Assembly (NCBI RefSeq): GCF_009914755.1
Contig: NC_060948.1
Source: the human T2T-CHM13v2.0 reference genome, Homo sapiens
DNA length: 64,000 nucleotides
Direction: 5' to 3' (one strand)
In this document: in pieces, positions 1 to 21,655 of the stretch
How positions within the stretch are numbered: the stretch's first letter is position 1
How the letters are laid out: each line of letters opens with the position of its first letter
The notes under the pieces: model-generated
Told to the model about the DNA's origin: nothing
Databases searched by the model: none
The model's input: the letters and a program-made list of their open reading frames with translations, nothing else
Position numbers and translations under genes: made by a program

Positions 1-5646
<5,646 letters not shown>

Positions 5647-5749
5647 ATGGTTAATATTTTTTATTAACACAGGCTGGTTAGGCTTAGTAACATCCTTAAT
5701 ATAGGTCAATCAAAGGAGTGGTCAAGTTTTTGTTATGAAAATAGTAACA

Positions 5750-5950
5750 TAGCTCTGTGGAATGCAGACTGGAGGGAAAGAAAGAAATTATTAGCAGAAA
5801 AACTATTTATAAAGTTGCTTTAATAGTTTATAAGAAAAAGACATTAAGGCCTAAACAAGGAAAATGACAGTGTCACTTGAAAGGAGAGGTATCATTAGAC
5901 ATATTTCAGATTTTACCCAGACCACTTGATAATCAATTAGATAAGAAATT
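5750..5950 (-). mobile_element. L2 fragment (ancient)
   Basis: Degenerate purine-rich L2-like stretch (gtggaatgcagactggaggg...taaggcctaaacaagg). Confidence 0.45.
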
Positions 5951-6569
5951 AAGGAGCATGAAAACTAACTTGGAATATTATTTTTAAAATAAACAGAAAT
6001 AAAGTGTGTAAAGAAGCTTACCTGGCATATAGTAGTACTTCAGTTAGTCCCAGTAATTATAATAATAACTATATTAATAAAATAAATAAAACTATTATAT
6101 TTATTGGTGGTAGAATGACATGAAGTAAAGAGAAGAAGACATAAAATCTATCCTTAAACATTTTGGAGGCTGTTACCTTTGCCATATAAATACTTGAGTC
6201 TTTGCTTAGAAACACTGCAGATTCAAGGATAGAAAAAAAACTAGTAAAAATCAGGGCATGAACAATAGTTACATCTCCTTTAATCATTTTGGACTTTCTT
6301 CCTTCTTTCTTCTTGACATTGCATCCATTATCTCTTGTTGCCCCTTTCCCTATTTTCTGCTTCTGTTCACATTTTCTTTACAACGGTTTCTAATAAAAAT
6401 TGCTTATTGCTACTTAGTCACCATTATTTTTCTTTGCACAATAAAAATATTCTGAGGGCAAATTTTGAAACTTGACATTTGTCAATAATCCTCCTGCTAG
6501 GAAAAGACCAAAATTGTTTTATCATCTTTTTTTCTAAAAAAAAAATCCCTTCTGTATTTAAATTATCTT

Positions 6570-7170
6570 ATGTAGCAGGATTCAGGTCATTTTTCTACAA
6601 ATGAAAACTGCAAAACAACTGATATTGCCTATCTATAATCCACAGCACAAAGTCCAGATTTTGTTCTTTTCTATATAGGCTCTCTGAAATAATGTCAAAA
6701 TCTGACTTTTTTTTTTTTTTTGCCTTTTCTCTAAATGTTACCTCCCTTTTACCTCATCCAATGGCTACAAATATTGTTTTCCTTTTTTCTGAAAAAATCA
6801 TTCTCATGAGTGCCATGCTCTTTGCACATGCTCTTTCTTTGCCTGGGAAGCCCTTCACCAACTTTTAATACAGTGCAATCTAATTCTTATCCTTCAGCTC
6901 AACTAAATTCCATTTCCTTTGAGATGCCTCCTTTCATTTCTTCAAAGAGGGAACATATATGTTGCCACAGAACTTTTGCAAATCTGTATTATAGAACTTA
7001 ACACATTGTAGTTATTTGTAGACGTATTTGTCTCTTTCAGATTGAGCTACCAGAGAGAACGGGTGACATTCTAGTCATTTATATATTTCTTGAATGAAGC
7101 ACTCATCAGTATGATTAAGAGATAGTAGTTTCTTAGTTAATATGTGACAGCAGAAGAAGTGAATGAATAA
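6570..7170 (+). mobile_element. L2 3' end
   Basis: ctttgcacatgctctttctttgcctgggaagccctt ... ending in gtgaatgaat, the typical L2 terminus. Confidence 0.7.
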
Positions 7171-7811
7171 GTAATTTAATGAAGTCTTATGACTGACACT
7201 GTGGTAGACACTGGGTTCCCTGTGCTTTTTTTGTAGTGCATATTCCTCTTTTCTTGTCAGACAGCATTCTTATTAAACTGAGAAGATAATCTAAAATGGC
7301 CTATAAATGCTTTCCAGAAGATCAAATAAATATTCCTATGTAAGGCCTAGGTGAAATTTATGAGGCTACAAGAATGGTGAAATGAGATCAGTCAGTCAAG
7401 TGTGGAGGAAAGTAATTACGGCTGGAAAAGATTTAAACTATTAGAATAGAGAAGACTGGATTAGAGAATATTAATATTCTAGAAAATAACAAGCTTATGA
7501 CAGGAATACTATATCAGAGTCAAGAGAAAACAAAAGTATAGGTAAAGACTGAATTTATCATAGCCCAAGACAAGGAGCAGGAACTGACATTTAGTCAACA
7601 GTATTTATTGAGTCCCTACTATGTGTGCCAAAATAAAAAATTAACTAAGTACTGGGTAACAGATAAAGAAATGATTATGAAAGCTGGCAAATAGGAAGTG
7701 AGAGATGAAACTAAAGATTTAGTTTTACTTGCACACTGACCTTGCAATTTCCCCAATGTAATTTTGTCTGATCTGAGTTGTGGCAAGATATCCTGTTTTT
7801 TGTACTTACAG

Positions 7812-7939
7812 GTATTCCTGCTGAGAGTCATTTCCTGTGCTGGATTTACCATCACAGGGACCAGATTTATAGAAAAATGAACATGTATTGTTGCTAAATG
7901 GAGTTGGTCATGGAGTGGAAACTAACAATATGTTCACCT
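7812..7939 (+). other. Candidate non-coding exon (128 nt)
   Basis: Acceptor cctgtttttttgtacttacAG|G and donor cct|GTAAGT; stop codons in all three frames; no repeat recognised here. Confidence 0.3.
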
Positions 7940-10319
7940 GTAAGTTTTTAAGTGCTGTGCCAAGAAAGCCTCTTTGGAGGCCATTGCCATAATCTACTGT
8001 TTACATTTGTGCATTTAGTTTCCGGGAAATATTTTTTAAACCTATCCTAGGAGCTATTCAGAACCATAGAGGCTATTTCAGTTCCCCTATCGACTGTGAA
8101 ATGGAGATCTACATTCAAAATTTAGCCTGAGTTCTTTAGAATCCTAGTGCATGCAATTGTGAGCTCTAAAACAATGTGGTTATATCTGCTTTGGGAAATC
8201 TAGTATTCAAGTAGCTAAATTTAGAGTTTTTGCCATTATAGAAGAAGTGTTAACTGTGCAAAATCATTTGCTAATGAGTATCAAGCTTTCTGGGAACGTT
8301 TATATGATCTGTAACAGTAAACAAACTACACACAATTTTCAGGGTGTTACGTATATTTGCCCAAAGTGGATTATCTGTAATATCTACACTAACTTAACTA
8401 TCATTTATTTTCTGATATCAGAAGATTTCAGATTTAACTTTTAATTAGGCATTTTTTCTATGAGGAAGGTTGAGCTGAAGGATAAATGAAACATAATTGC
8501 TTTATTATGTGTTACCTATCAGGCAAGTTACCTTTGAGTTACTAGCACTCGCATGAGAGCAATGAAGCTGAAAACATTTTAGGGAAAATTCAAATAGGTT
8601 GGCATAGCTGGTATGTTTGGGGCTGATAAAGAGGTTGATGAAGAAGAGCTAGGAAGCACATAATGTAAGTCAAACCTGAGTTGAAGAAACAGAGATTTGT
8701 GCTCTGAGAACTTATTGGAGGACCAGCAACCTTGCTCACAGGGTTACGCCTTCAGTGCTATTGAAAGCACATACTTGGGACTTAACATCTGATAGTTAAG
8801 AAAGATAATCTGATAATAAGAAGTTTTAGTATTAAAAAATAGGCATTTTAAGCTCCTATGTTTAATGGTTCCTGGATAGAAAACCATTGCTGTTTTTTTC
8901 CCCCTCTGGATATGTAGAAATTAACGGGAAAGTTGTTTGAACAACAGTATGCTACACCTTGAATCTATTTTAGGAACATTCTTTCATGGCATATATTCAC
9001 TTGATCATAAAAGGTGGTTCTCATTCAGGCAGATAAACAAAAAGCACAAAAAAGAAAATTAGATGACTGCCAATGTACATCAGACATAAATTACTGTCAT
9101 TAAGAATTACTGTAAAAAGAGATCACACATTGTGTAGTTAAATATTTAATTCTTCTTGTATCCTGAGATACCAGTTAATATTCTTTCCTTTTAGCATAGA
9201 ACTTAATTTGGTAGTTTCTTCTGGGTCCTAGGAATAAAGAATGCACTGATATTCATTGATGCTCACTACTAGATTTTAAAGCAGACTATTACTTAAAAGC
9301 ATTTGGCTAATTGTCAAATGCAAGTAAAATTACTTTGGTTCTTTTTGTAATGGAAATTGAAACGCCATATTAGAGTATTTGATCAAAGAAAAGGAAAAAT
9401 GTGGTAAGAAAACACTTCTATAGCAATGAGGTAGGGTTTTCAATAAGATTATTAATATTGTGACTCAGGGACATTACTAAAAAATTAAAAATAAGATTAT
9501 GAATAAAATAAGCATACTAGAATACAATCTAAAATAATCTTTAAATGTCATGATTCATGTTATACAAAGCCCTGCAGTCCAGGATAGTTAAATCTTTTGC
9601 TCTTGTCTGTGAACATTACTTATCACCGGATTTGGAACAACAGGTTTTGTTTTTGGTTTTATGCTTTGTTTTCCACTTCTACCATGGAAAATGTTTAATT
9701 CTTTAGATGCTTTCTCACATTTTTCTAATACTAAATTTTTAGAAAATAGTGAATTATGACTTTTACTCCAAAGTGTAGAAGGAATACTTGCCTTAGGAAA
9801 AAACAGTTTTGCTTTATCAGGAATGCCTTCTGAGGAGTTTTACATGTCCCTTAATAAATTGCACCTATATCCCACTGCCTAATTTCTGAACAAATTGAAA
9901 AATAAAGACATTGCTATTCAAGAACCAAGATATCACCTTATAGATGATAAAAATCAAAAGTGATGGGTGCAGCTTAGCGTAAAATCCACAAGTGCTACCT
10001 ACTGAATGCCAGAAGTAGAAGGTCTTGGCCAGTAGAAGGCAGTATTGAACCAGTACCCACCAGATATGTGTTGATGAAGGGAACACTCTGGAAGAGTAAT
10101 GTAATTCCAAGCAGGGAAAAAAAATGAAGCTAAGTTATTCTTCTCAGTTTCACCAATTAGTTAAATCATCCTCCATTACCTGGGGACAGAATGAGTAAAG
10201 AAGCAAGCCAATGCCAGAAATGTGTTTGGAAAAACATGTGGGGAGAGATTAAGTCTGTACCTTACCAATTGTGAGAAATCATTGATATTATAAATTTCAA
10301 TTTAAAAATATTAATAAAC

Positions 10320-12310
<1,991 letters not shown>

Positions 12311-14177
12311 TTATAAATGTCAGGCTTAAGTTTTCCTGTTTTTTTTTTATTATTATTATTTTGTGCTCTTCAACCGCCACATTCCCATTAGCAGAAATGT
12401 GACTAAGAGATCAAGAGGAAAATATACAGAAAATTATCATTTTAAGAACATTTGAATGGTGATGTCTAAATTTCTACTTTGCTACACAGGTCTTGATAAA
12501 TTACATTAGAGTTGATCAAATATAATACTTCTTAGGAAAGAGGATGTACTTTGGTATTTATATGTGTGTTTAAAAATGTCACAATGAAAATATAAATGCA
12601 GTATATATCTTTCTTGGACAAAAATCAATATGCCACTTTGAGAGTCTTGACTGGCAGAAAATATCATATCAAAAATCACATCAAGATAGAATTTATTTTC
12701 TATTAGAAATGCTCTTATTCAGTCAGCGCTATCTGATTCTGCTTTATTTTTCCATTACGGTAGATTAATCCTGAACTTCTTCCTTAACTCTAATGAAATC
12801 TCATGTTACATTTTATGTAAATATTCAGGCATATATATATTATATATATATAAAATTATCATATTTCATTGTAATACCTGTTTTTGCCATTTTGGCTGTG
12901 TTTATCTAAATATAATTATATTTTATTTTTACTAATCTTTTGAGTGTGTGTGTATGTGTGTGTGTGTCCTTCAGTTAAGTTCTTGGCAATCCCTGGATGT
13001 ATTATTTTGTTTCTGTTTCCTATTTTTCAATAACTATATGTTAATTATAACATTAACAATTACACTTAAAATGGATGACCAACTACATTTCAATCAAACA
13101 CAACTTGTTGCTTCTGTGCATGGATAGAATTTTGAACTTTAACATTGTTTCTGACAAAAAAAAACATTAACTCTTTGCAGATAATGTAAATCCAGTTGAT
13201 AAAATAACATGCAGATTTGATTCCTGCTTACACAGAGAAAAGATTTGTTAAGATTGGCAAAAAGAAAACTTGACCATTGTTATCTGGCATTTTAAAACTA
13301 ATAACCAATCTTGTCTTACTTTTATTCAGTCTAACCTTTATTTCATATTAATTAAAATAAAGCAAAACAAAACATAATTATAAATGCAGAGATATTGCTG
13401 AATGAAATTGTCTCTGAAAATAGATCACTGAAATTTGGAGAAGAAACAAAGATCATAGATAGTAAGAAGAAAGAAACAATTGTTAATTTATAGGTGGATG
13501 ATACCATTAATATTATCTTAAATATAAAAATTATTTGCACGTCTGCATCTGATTCTAGGAAAGTATATATTTTCAATCAATGTTGGTATATATACATATA
13601 TATAGTATTTTGAAACAACATAATTATTTCCCAAAGTATTTTTGTTGTTCTTTTTCCCTTAAGCCCATGTATGATTCTTGTTTAGAAGGTGAAAGCTCAA
13701 CATTTTGTAGAATTTAATATTAATGTATTATATCTCTACAAGGATTTATAATTTTCAAAACAATGAATTAGTAAACAATAAAGCAACAACTTCTAACTCA
13801 TATTTTTCTACATTTGAATGGATGGATAATTGTGAGCACTGTCTTCTCAACCACTTGGAAAAGAGCTCTGCATTGGAGTCTCATCTTCTCACCATGTACT
13901 TTAAGAATAGAGAACATGTGGTACATGGCATTTAAGAGATGGTGAAACAATTGGAAATAGTCAAAAATCCATTCATTGTGTAGAGACGAATCAAGTGTCT
14001 CATGACATTTCATTTAAGGCTGTCTCTGATTTTGACTCTACTAATTTTGTGCATCAGGTTGACTTCATTCATTTTCTGTAATTTAAGGGTAACATTTCTA
14101 ATAAGACTTCCGCTGAGTTGATATAATTAAGTAAGAAACAAAATATTAAGTTACTGTTAAAGGTGTGTGTTTTCTTT

Positions 14178-14408
14178 TGTTTTGTTCTGTTTTGTTTTGA
14201 GACCACAGTCTTGCTCTGTCACCCAGGCTGGAGTTCTGTGGCGTGATCTCGGCTCACTGCGACCATGGCCAGCTAATTTTTGTATTTTTAGTAGAGATGG
14301 GGTTTCTCCATGTTGGCCTGGCTGGTCTTGAACTCCTGGCTTCAAGGGTCCACCTGACTCAGCCTCCCAAAATGCTGGAATTGCAGATGTGAACCACCGT
14401 GCCTGATC
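14178..14408 (-). mobile_element. AluS with ~70-bp internal deletion in the right arm
   Basis: ctcggctcactgc joined directly to gaccatggccagctaa; degenerate TSD starting aaaggtgtg. Confidence 0.93.
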
Positions 14409-15201
14409 AAAGGTGTGGTTTTTCTTAAATGTGTTTTTAATGGATCAGAGGAGAAGCCAGGTAAGGACACTATTCTGTACTTGCTCTGACTTTCTTTAAT
14501 CTCAGCAAACTATTTCCATACTCTAGTTGAATCAGTATAGATCAAGTGAATGGCCAAAAATATCATCAATTCATGTTAATGATACAATTGTGTCCTATGA
14601 GGTTTGTTGTTTTTAGTTTTATTTTTGCTTCTTTTTCTGGGCTTCAAGTTTATGCTTTCTATGCACTTTAGTAAAAATCATTGTGTGACCAAGAGAAGCA
14701 CAAATATTGCTGTCCAAACTGGTCACGCTTCTCCTTCATTTGCCAATATTCACAGACGTATAACTTGGTACCCAAAAACTCTCTCAAGGCTTAGGTATCT
14801 AAAGTTTCTAGTCTATCAGTGTTCTTAAGAATTAAAAAGTTATCATTTATTAGAATATTAGAAATTTTATTAGAGATAAATTTATGCCATTCCATAATGC
14901 ATCTTGCCTAAGTTATTTGAGTAGCCAATAACAATAGAAGGAATATAAACAAGTAACCCAGAATGTCCCTTGAATTTAGCATTACACGTACAAAATGTTT
15001 AGTATACAATTTTGCCAACATATTTCAGCTCATAGACATATTATAACATGTTATATATATGTATAATGTAAATTAAGAAAACCTATATTTATTTTGTTAT
15101 GGCTAATTCTCAGAAAATAAAAGTAAATAAGTCTCTTGGGAGCCAAACTGAAAGTTGAGGGTTTCAAAAATGGTGTTATTTTGCCGAGAAATGAAATATA
15201 A

Positions 15202-15507
<306 letters not shown>

Positions 15508-15799
15508 TAAACAATCATTTTTAAAGAAATGTAAGGCCTATATTTGATTAGGAGAACCAAGTCTCCTCCTACATCATGAGCCTAACTCTGAATGACCAGA
15601 CACAGAAGTCTACTGCTGAAAGTTGTATGATCATAGAGAGAGACTCCTACAGAATTAACAGAACTATTCATGATCCTTTGAAAGTTGAGGGTGAAGCAAG
15701 CATATTGACAAAACTCTCCAGCACTCTAGGATTCACACTAAGCAAGAGGTAGCAGCAGACTCACTGCTGGAGGAATTTGAAGTTTGTGGTACAATGAAA

Positions 15800-15813
15800 G
15801 TAACCATAGCAAC
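15800..15813. promoter_or_regulatory. RFX X-box motif GTAACCATAGCAAC
   Basis: Matches consensus GTNRCC-N(0-3)-RGYAAC; motif only, no functional evidence. Confidence 0.4.
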
Positions 15814-16259
15814 AACAAAATCCAAACTGAGCTCAATTCCAGATGTGGCTGAACCAACTTCCTTCTCTTTCCCTAACCACCTCACAGTCTGTATGAAATA
15901 AACACTAAAGCCTTGACAGATGAATACACATAATTTTCCAGTTGGTTGTTTTAAAGGTGTACTTGTCACTGCAGGAAGATATAACACTCATTTAACAGTA
16001 TAACATTTAATGTTCAGATTTATGTCAAGCAGGCTCCCAATTTTACTTTTGCTCTGTGTGTATTCTTGCACATATTATGCCCAACTCTAGATCTCAGAAA
16101 ACTATGTGGCACCAATAGCTAGCATGAAATTGAAATGCTATAGATGGACATCTATGTTGTCTCTATCTCTGTTACCACAGATTACTTCTCTGTTTGTTTT
16201 TTTTTTCTAACTGAGCAAGATAATTCATAGCTCTTTGTGCTCCTGGCAGAAGTTTATTT

Positions 16260-16800
16260 CTTTTTAAATATTTCCCCCAGGCATAGAGTTACTCAATCAT
16301 AAGAATCCTCAATTGTACTAAATACTTTGATAATGACTTCCAAAATGGCCACAGCAGTTTTAATTCCCAATGACTATATATTAAGGGTTGCTGTTCCCCC
16401 AACCTTCACCATTTGAAACTACTTGACTTTCCATTTTCCTCCTAGTAATACTAACGCAGCACATGTGTTGCTTTACATTTCACCATTTCAATTACTGGTG
16501 ATGTTTACCATCTTTTCACATAATTGTTGGTCATTTCTGTGACCCCCTCCATTCACTCAGTATTATCTAAGCGACTATTTTCTGCCAAGCTTTGCACTAG
16601 GCAACTAGTGATCAAACAGTGAACAATTTATTCATATTGGTTGCCTGTTTTTTGTGTTACTGTGTTTTCTTTTGCACCTTCTGTCTTTTTATGGTGGATT
16701 TGGGAGAATTATTTGCATGTATTAGATATTAATCTTTTATTGGTCATCAACACTGCAAAGTTTATCTCAGTCTCTATTACCTGTTTATTTGATTTTCTTC
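16260..16800 (-). mobile_element. Old L1ME-like fragment
   Basis: Degenerate antisense ORF2 3' motifs (ttccaaaatggcc, gatattaatcttttattgg). Confidence 0.6.
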
Positions 16801-18151
16801 TTTGAATAGAAATGGAATCCTCATTTTTAAATAGCACGCAAGATAATTCCAATGTAGATGGTTCTTTACAATAGCTGGAGAACTCTTGGTTCTGGATTTG
16901 TTCTCATTTATCCATGTTTTAGAAAGCATATATGTGAAAGTAATATATTTAGAAGGCAGTGACAAAAGTCTGCTTTCTACTTGAAGAGAGCAGCATCTTT
17001 CTGGAACAGCTAATGCAGAGGATTCTGAACCAGGAAATACTGTTCTATTCAATTAAATTTCCTTATATTAATATGTTGAAACAAGAGCATGTCATAACCA
17101 GTGTAATGAATGTTGTGTCTTTTTTAAAACCTCTAATGTAATTATATTGCCTTTAGTGTCTGAAAATGTGTTACTATTCTAAATCAAATGATTCCACCAT
17201 CATTTTCATTTTCATTAGTTTTAATTCTTTTTATAATCAGTGGATCTTCTGAAAGCCGTCATAACCTAATATCAGAAACCAGATAGAGTATGGCTCTCTC
17301 AAAGTGTTATCAGGGCACCTAATATCTTCAAATTATTTTGGGTTTTATTTAAGCACTATTACTCTTTTTGGCTAAAGTTTTATGTGACTATGAAAGCATA
17401 AATACCTTTTTTGATACTTATTTCAGTTTTGAAGACCAACTTATGTTTTCCTATGAGAAATATTTTGCATCTATTATATTATGCTTTCTAGGCCTAATTT
17501 ATTTGAAGAAAATATAATAATTAGGTGGAAAAGAAATATTGTCAAGTGTTCTTCAACTTAATTTTTGTTAAAATCACAATTTGACATTAAAGTCTAAAAT
17601 CTGTCTTGCTTCTCATGAAGGTAAGTCCCCATAATTTCTTTTCTGTGATATATACCTAAGCAATACCTTAAAACGATACTTTAACTGGGTTCAAAAATCA
17701 ATTTGAACTCAAAAAAGGCAGTTGAATTTTGTCAAATAACTTCTCTTTGTAGCTATTTAATGCTAAGTGATAAGTTTAACAGATGTGTTTACTCCTTTCT
17801 ATTTATTTTGGTAAGGTTTACACACAAACAATATTTACTTTTACAGTTGTTTGTTTATGCCCTAGCTAAAGCTTCTTCAATGTACAATAAGGGGACACCT
17901 TTCACTACCAGATATCCCACATTAATCTCTATTACTACCAGTTTGCCTTTAGCCTGAATGTTTCTTAGGACAAACATTAACAGCAGCAGCATTTAGAGAT
18001 CCCCCTAACAACAGGTATCCCTCTAGACAAAAAGACTTGGCTTATAAGCATATGGAACAAGTTTTGGTATAACCGAGGTCATTGTACTGTAAATCTATTG
18101 AGATACATGAAGAGGGATAACTAAACATAGGAATACTTAATTTTTTTTGTA

Positions 18152-18597
18152 GTGTATCAGTTAGGTTTTTCTTCTGTGTAACAATGTACTCCAATGCTAT
18201 ATGGCTTAAAATAACAACAATTTTAATTAATTATTGTGCTAGTTGAAAAAGCAAACTATTCTGAGTTGGTTGGTTCCATGTGGGTTCATCCTTGGCATCA
18301 TGGCCAGCTGTTGGGTTGACTGGGGGCTGGTTGGTTTAGGAAACTGAGCTGGAACAGTATATCTTTGCTCTATGTTGTCTCTCATCCTCCAGCAGCCTTA
18401 TGCACAGGCTTGTTCACAAGGCAACTGGACAAGTTTTCAGGGAACAAATAGAAGCCTAGGAAACTTAAAGCTCAGGCTCAGAAGTGGTACATAGTTACTT
18501 ATCCTGCATTTGATTGGTCAAAGCAAGTCACAATGCAGGTTCAGAGTCAAAAGAAGGGAAAATAGATTATACCTCTTGTTGGGAGAAACTGTACAAT
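18152..18597 (-). mobile_element. MLT1-family LTR (ERVL-MaLR)
   Basis: tgtatcagttagg...gtaacaa start; ctcatcctccagcag; attggtcaaagcaagtcaca. Confidence 0.8.
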
Positions 18598-19724
18598 AAA
18601 AAAGAAAAAGAGCAACATAACTAAGAATATAGCTTACCAAGGGGGTGAAACATATCTACAATAAGAATTGCAAAACACTGCTGAAGGAAATCTGATATGA
18701 CACAAACAAATGGAAAAATAATATTACATGCTCATGAATAGGAAGCATCAATATTGCTTAAATGGCCATACCACCGAAAGCAATTTACAGATCCAAAGTT
18801 ATTCCTGTCCAAGTACCAACATCATTCTTCACAGTATTGGAAAAATCTATGATAAACTTCATATGGAACCCCCACCCCCCCAAAAAAGTGCAAATAGCCA
18901 AAGCAGTCCTAAGGAAAAAGAACAGACAGAAGAATCACACTACCAAACTGCAAACTATGCTACAAGGCTACAATAACCGAAACATCATGATACTGATACA
19001 ACATATAGACACATAGACCATTGGAACAGGTTATGGAACCCAGAAATGAAGCTATTCATCTACCAACCACCTGATCTTCAGCAAATTTGGCAACAATACA
19101 TGATGGGCAAAAGGCTCCATAGTCAATAAATTGTGCTGGGATAACTGGCTAGTCATATGCAGAAGACTGACTCTAAACCCTTTCCATTCACCATATGCAA
19201 AGATTAATTCAAGATGGATTAAAAAACTTAAATGTAAGGCCTAAAACAAAACCCAGGAGAAAATCTAGGAAATACCATTCTGAATATCAATTTTGGCAAA
19301 GAATTTCTGATTAAGTCCTCAAAAGCAATTACAACCAAAACAAAATTTGACAAGTAGGACCTAATTAAAGAGGTTTTGCCCAACAAAGGAGACTGTCAAC
19401 AGATTAAACAGACAACCTAAATAATGGGAGAAAATATTCATAAGCTATGCATCTAAGAAAGGTCTAATATCCAGAATCTATAAGAAACTTAAATAATTCA
19501 GGAACAAAAAAGAAATATCTTTATTAAAAATGGGCAAAAGACAAAGAGACGCTTCTCCAAAGAAGACATATATGTGGTCAACAAATTTATGAAATAATGT
19601 TCATCATCACTAATCAGTAGAGAAATGCACACTAAAACCACAATGAGATCGTCACACCAGACAGAATGTCTATTATTATTTTTCTTTTCTTCTTTTTAAG
19701 CGTACATAAAAGCATTTTACATTA

Positions 19725-19814
19725 TGAAACCCCGTATCTACTAATATACAAAAAATTAGCCGGGCGTGGTGGTGCACACCTGTAGTCCCAGCTGCTCAGG
19801 AGGCTGAGGCAGGG
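19725..19814 (+). mobile_element. Internal Alu fragment (linker region) at the inversion junction
   Basis: tgaaaccccgtatctactaatatacaaaaaattagccgggcg...gaggcagg; no head, tail or TSD. Confidence 0.92.
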
Positions 19815-20164
19815 GCATTTTGTTTTATGTTTCTGCGTTACTTCACTTAGGATTATGGTCTATGGGTAGATCCTGTTGCTGCAAAGGACATGACTAACTT
19901 TTTGATGGCTGCGTAGTATTCCATGGTGCATATGTACCACATTTTTTTAATCAGTCCATCATTACAGGTATCTAGGTTGATTCCATGTCTTTGCTATTGT
20001 GAATAGTGCTGTGATTAACATATATGCATGCATGTGTCTCTTTGGTAGAATGATTTATTTTCCTTTGCATATATACGAAGTAATGGGATTGCTGGGTCAA
20101 ATGTTAGTTCTGTTTTAAGTTGTTTGAGAAATCGCCTAAGTGCTTTTCACGGTGGCTGAACTAG

Positions 20165-20628
<464 letters not shown>

Positions 20629-20899
20629 TGAGGAGGTAGGGAGGAAGGAGAAAGAGGAGCAGAAAAGACAACTATTGGGTACTGGGTTTAATACCTGGGT
20701 GATGAAATAATGTGTACAACAAACCCACATGACATGTGCTTACCTATGTAACAAACATTCATATGTACACCCAAACCTAAAATAACAGGTAAAAATTCAA
20801 ATACAACTGGCAATAACAATATAGAAAATATCAAGGTGATAACCATACTGTTACGAATGCAGTAAAGGTTTTCTGAAACTTGTGTCTGGGTGTGGATGA

Positions 20900-21350
20900 G
20901 TTTGTGTGCATATCCACGAGAGATAGTTTTCTTTCTATGTACTGTCTTTGTCTGGTTCTGGTATTAGGATAATGCTTGCTTCATAAAATGAATTAGAAAA
21001 TATTCTGTAATGTTTCAGTTTATGAAATAGATTATGGAGAATTGGTATTAATTCTTCAGAAATTTGATAGAATTCTCTAATGAAACCATCTTGGTCTGGA
21101 GGTTCTTTTGTGGGAGTATTTGAAATTACAAATTCAGTATACTTAATATGATGGGGCTATTCAAATTATTTATTTTATATTGGGCGAGTTGTGACAGTTT
21201 GTTTTTTTAGGATGGGTCAATATTATTTAGTTTGTCAAATTTATGTATATAGAGACTTTCATAGTATTATTTTACTATACTTTTGCTGACTTCAGGGCAT
21301 GTAGTGAAATGTATCTCCTCTTTGGATATTTAATTTGCATCTTCTCTTAG
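20900..21350 (-). mobile_element. Old L1M ORF2 fragment
   Basis: ggttctggtattaggataatgcttgcttcataaaatgaattag motif. Confidence 0.8.
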
Positions 21351-21655
21351 TTCTAAGTTAAAGGTGTCGAATTGTAAGTAACAAACCAAATCTGAACATA
21401 GTATTGATGATGATGATGAGGATGATGATATACTTCATCGATTGCTGCCTTACTGAATTTTAATATATAGGCAATTCATATGCAATATTTTATTTAATTA
21501 TAAATAGCAAACTTGAGAGCTTGACTATATTATCTATTTTCATATGCTCATAATCCCACAAATAGTAAGTAGCAGAGCCTATATTTGAGCATTGATCACG
21601 CTGACTCCAGTCTACCATTAGTATATATTGCAGAAGTTTTATTTGAATAACCTGG

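Noticed and set aside
9850-10100. Coding-like purine-rich stretch
   Set aside because: Multiple stops in the frame I read and no identifiable homology
13340-13500. Open + strand frame (KAKQNIIINAEILLNEIVSENR...) as a possible exon or pseudogene
   Set aside because: No recognisable protein family or convincing splice sites; A-rich composition explains it
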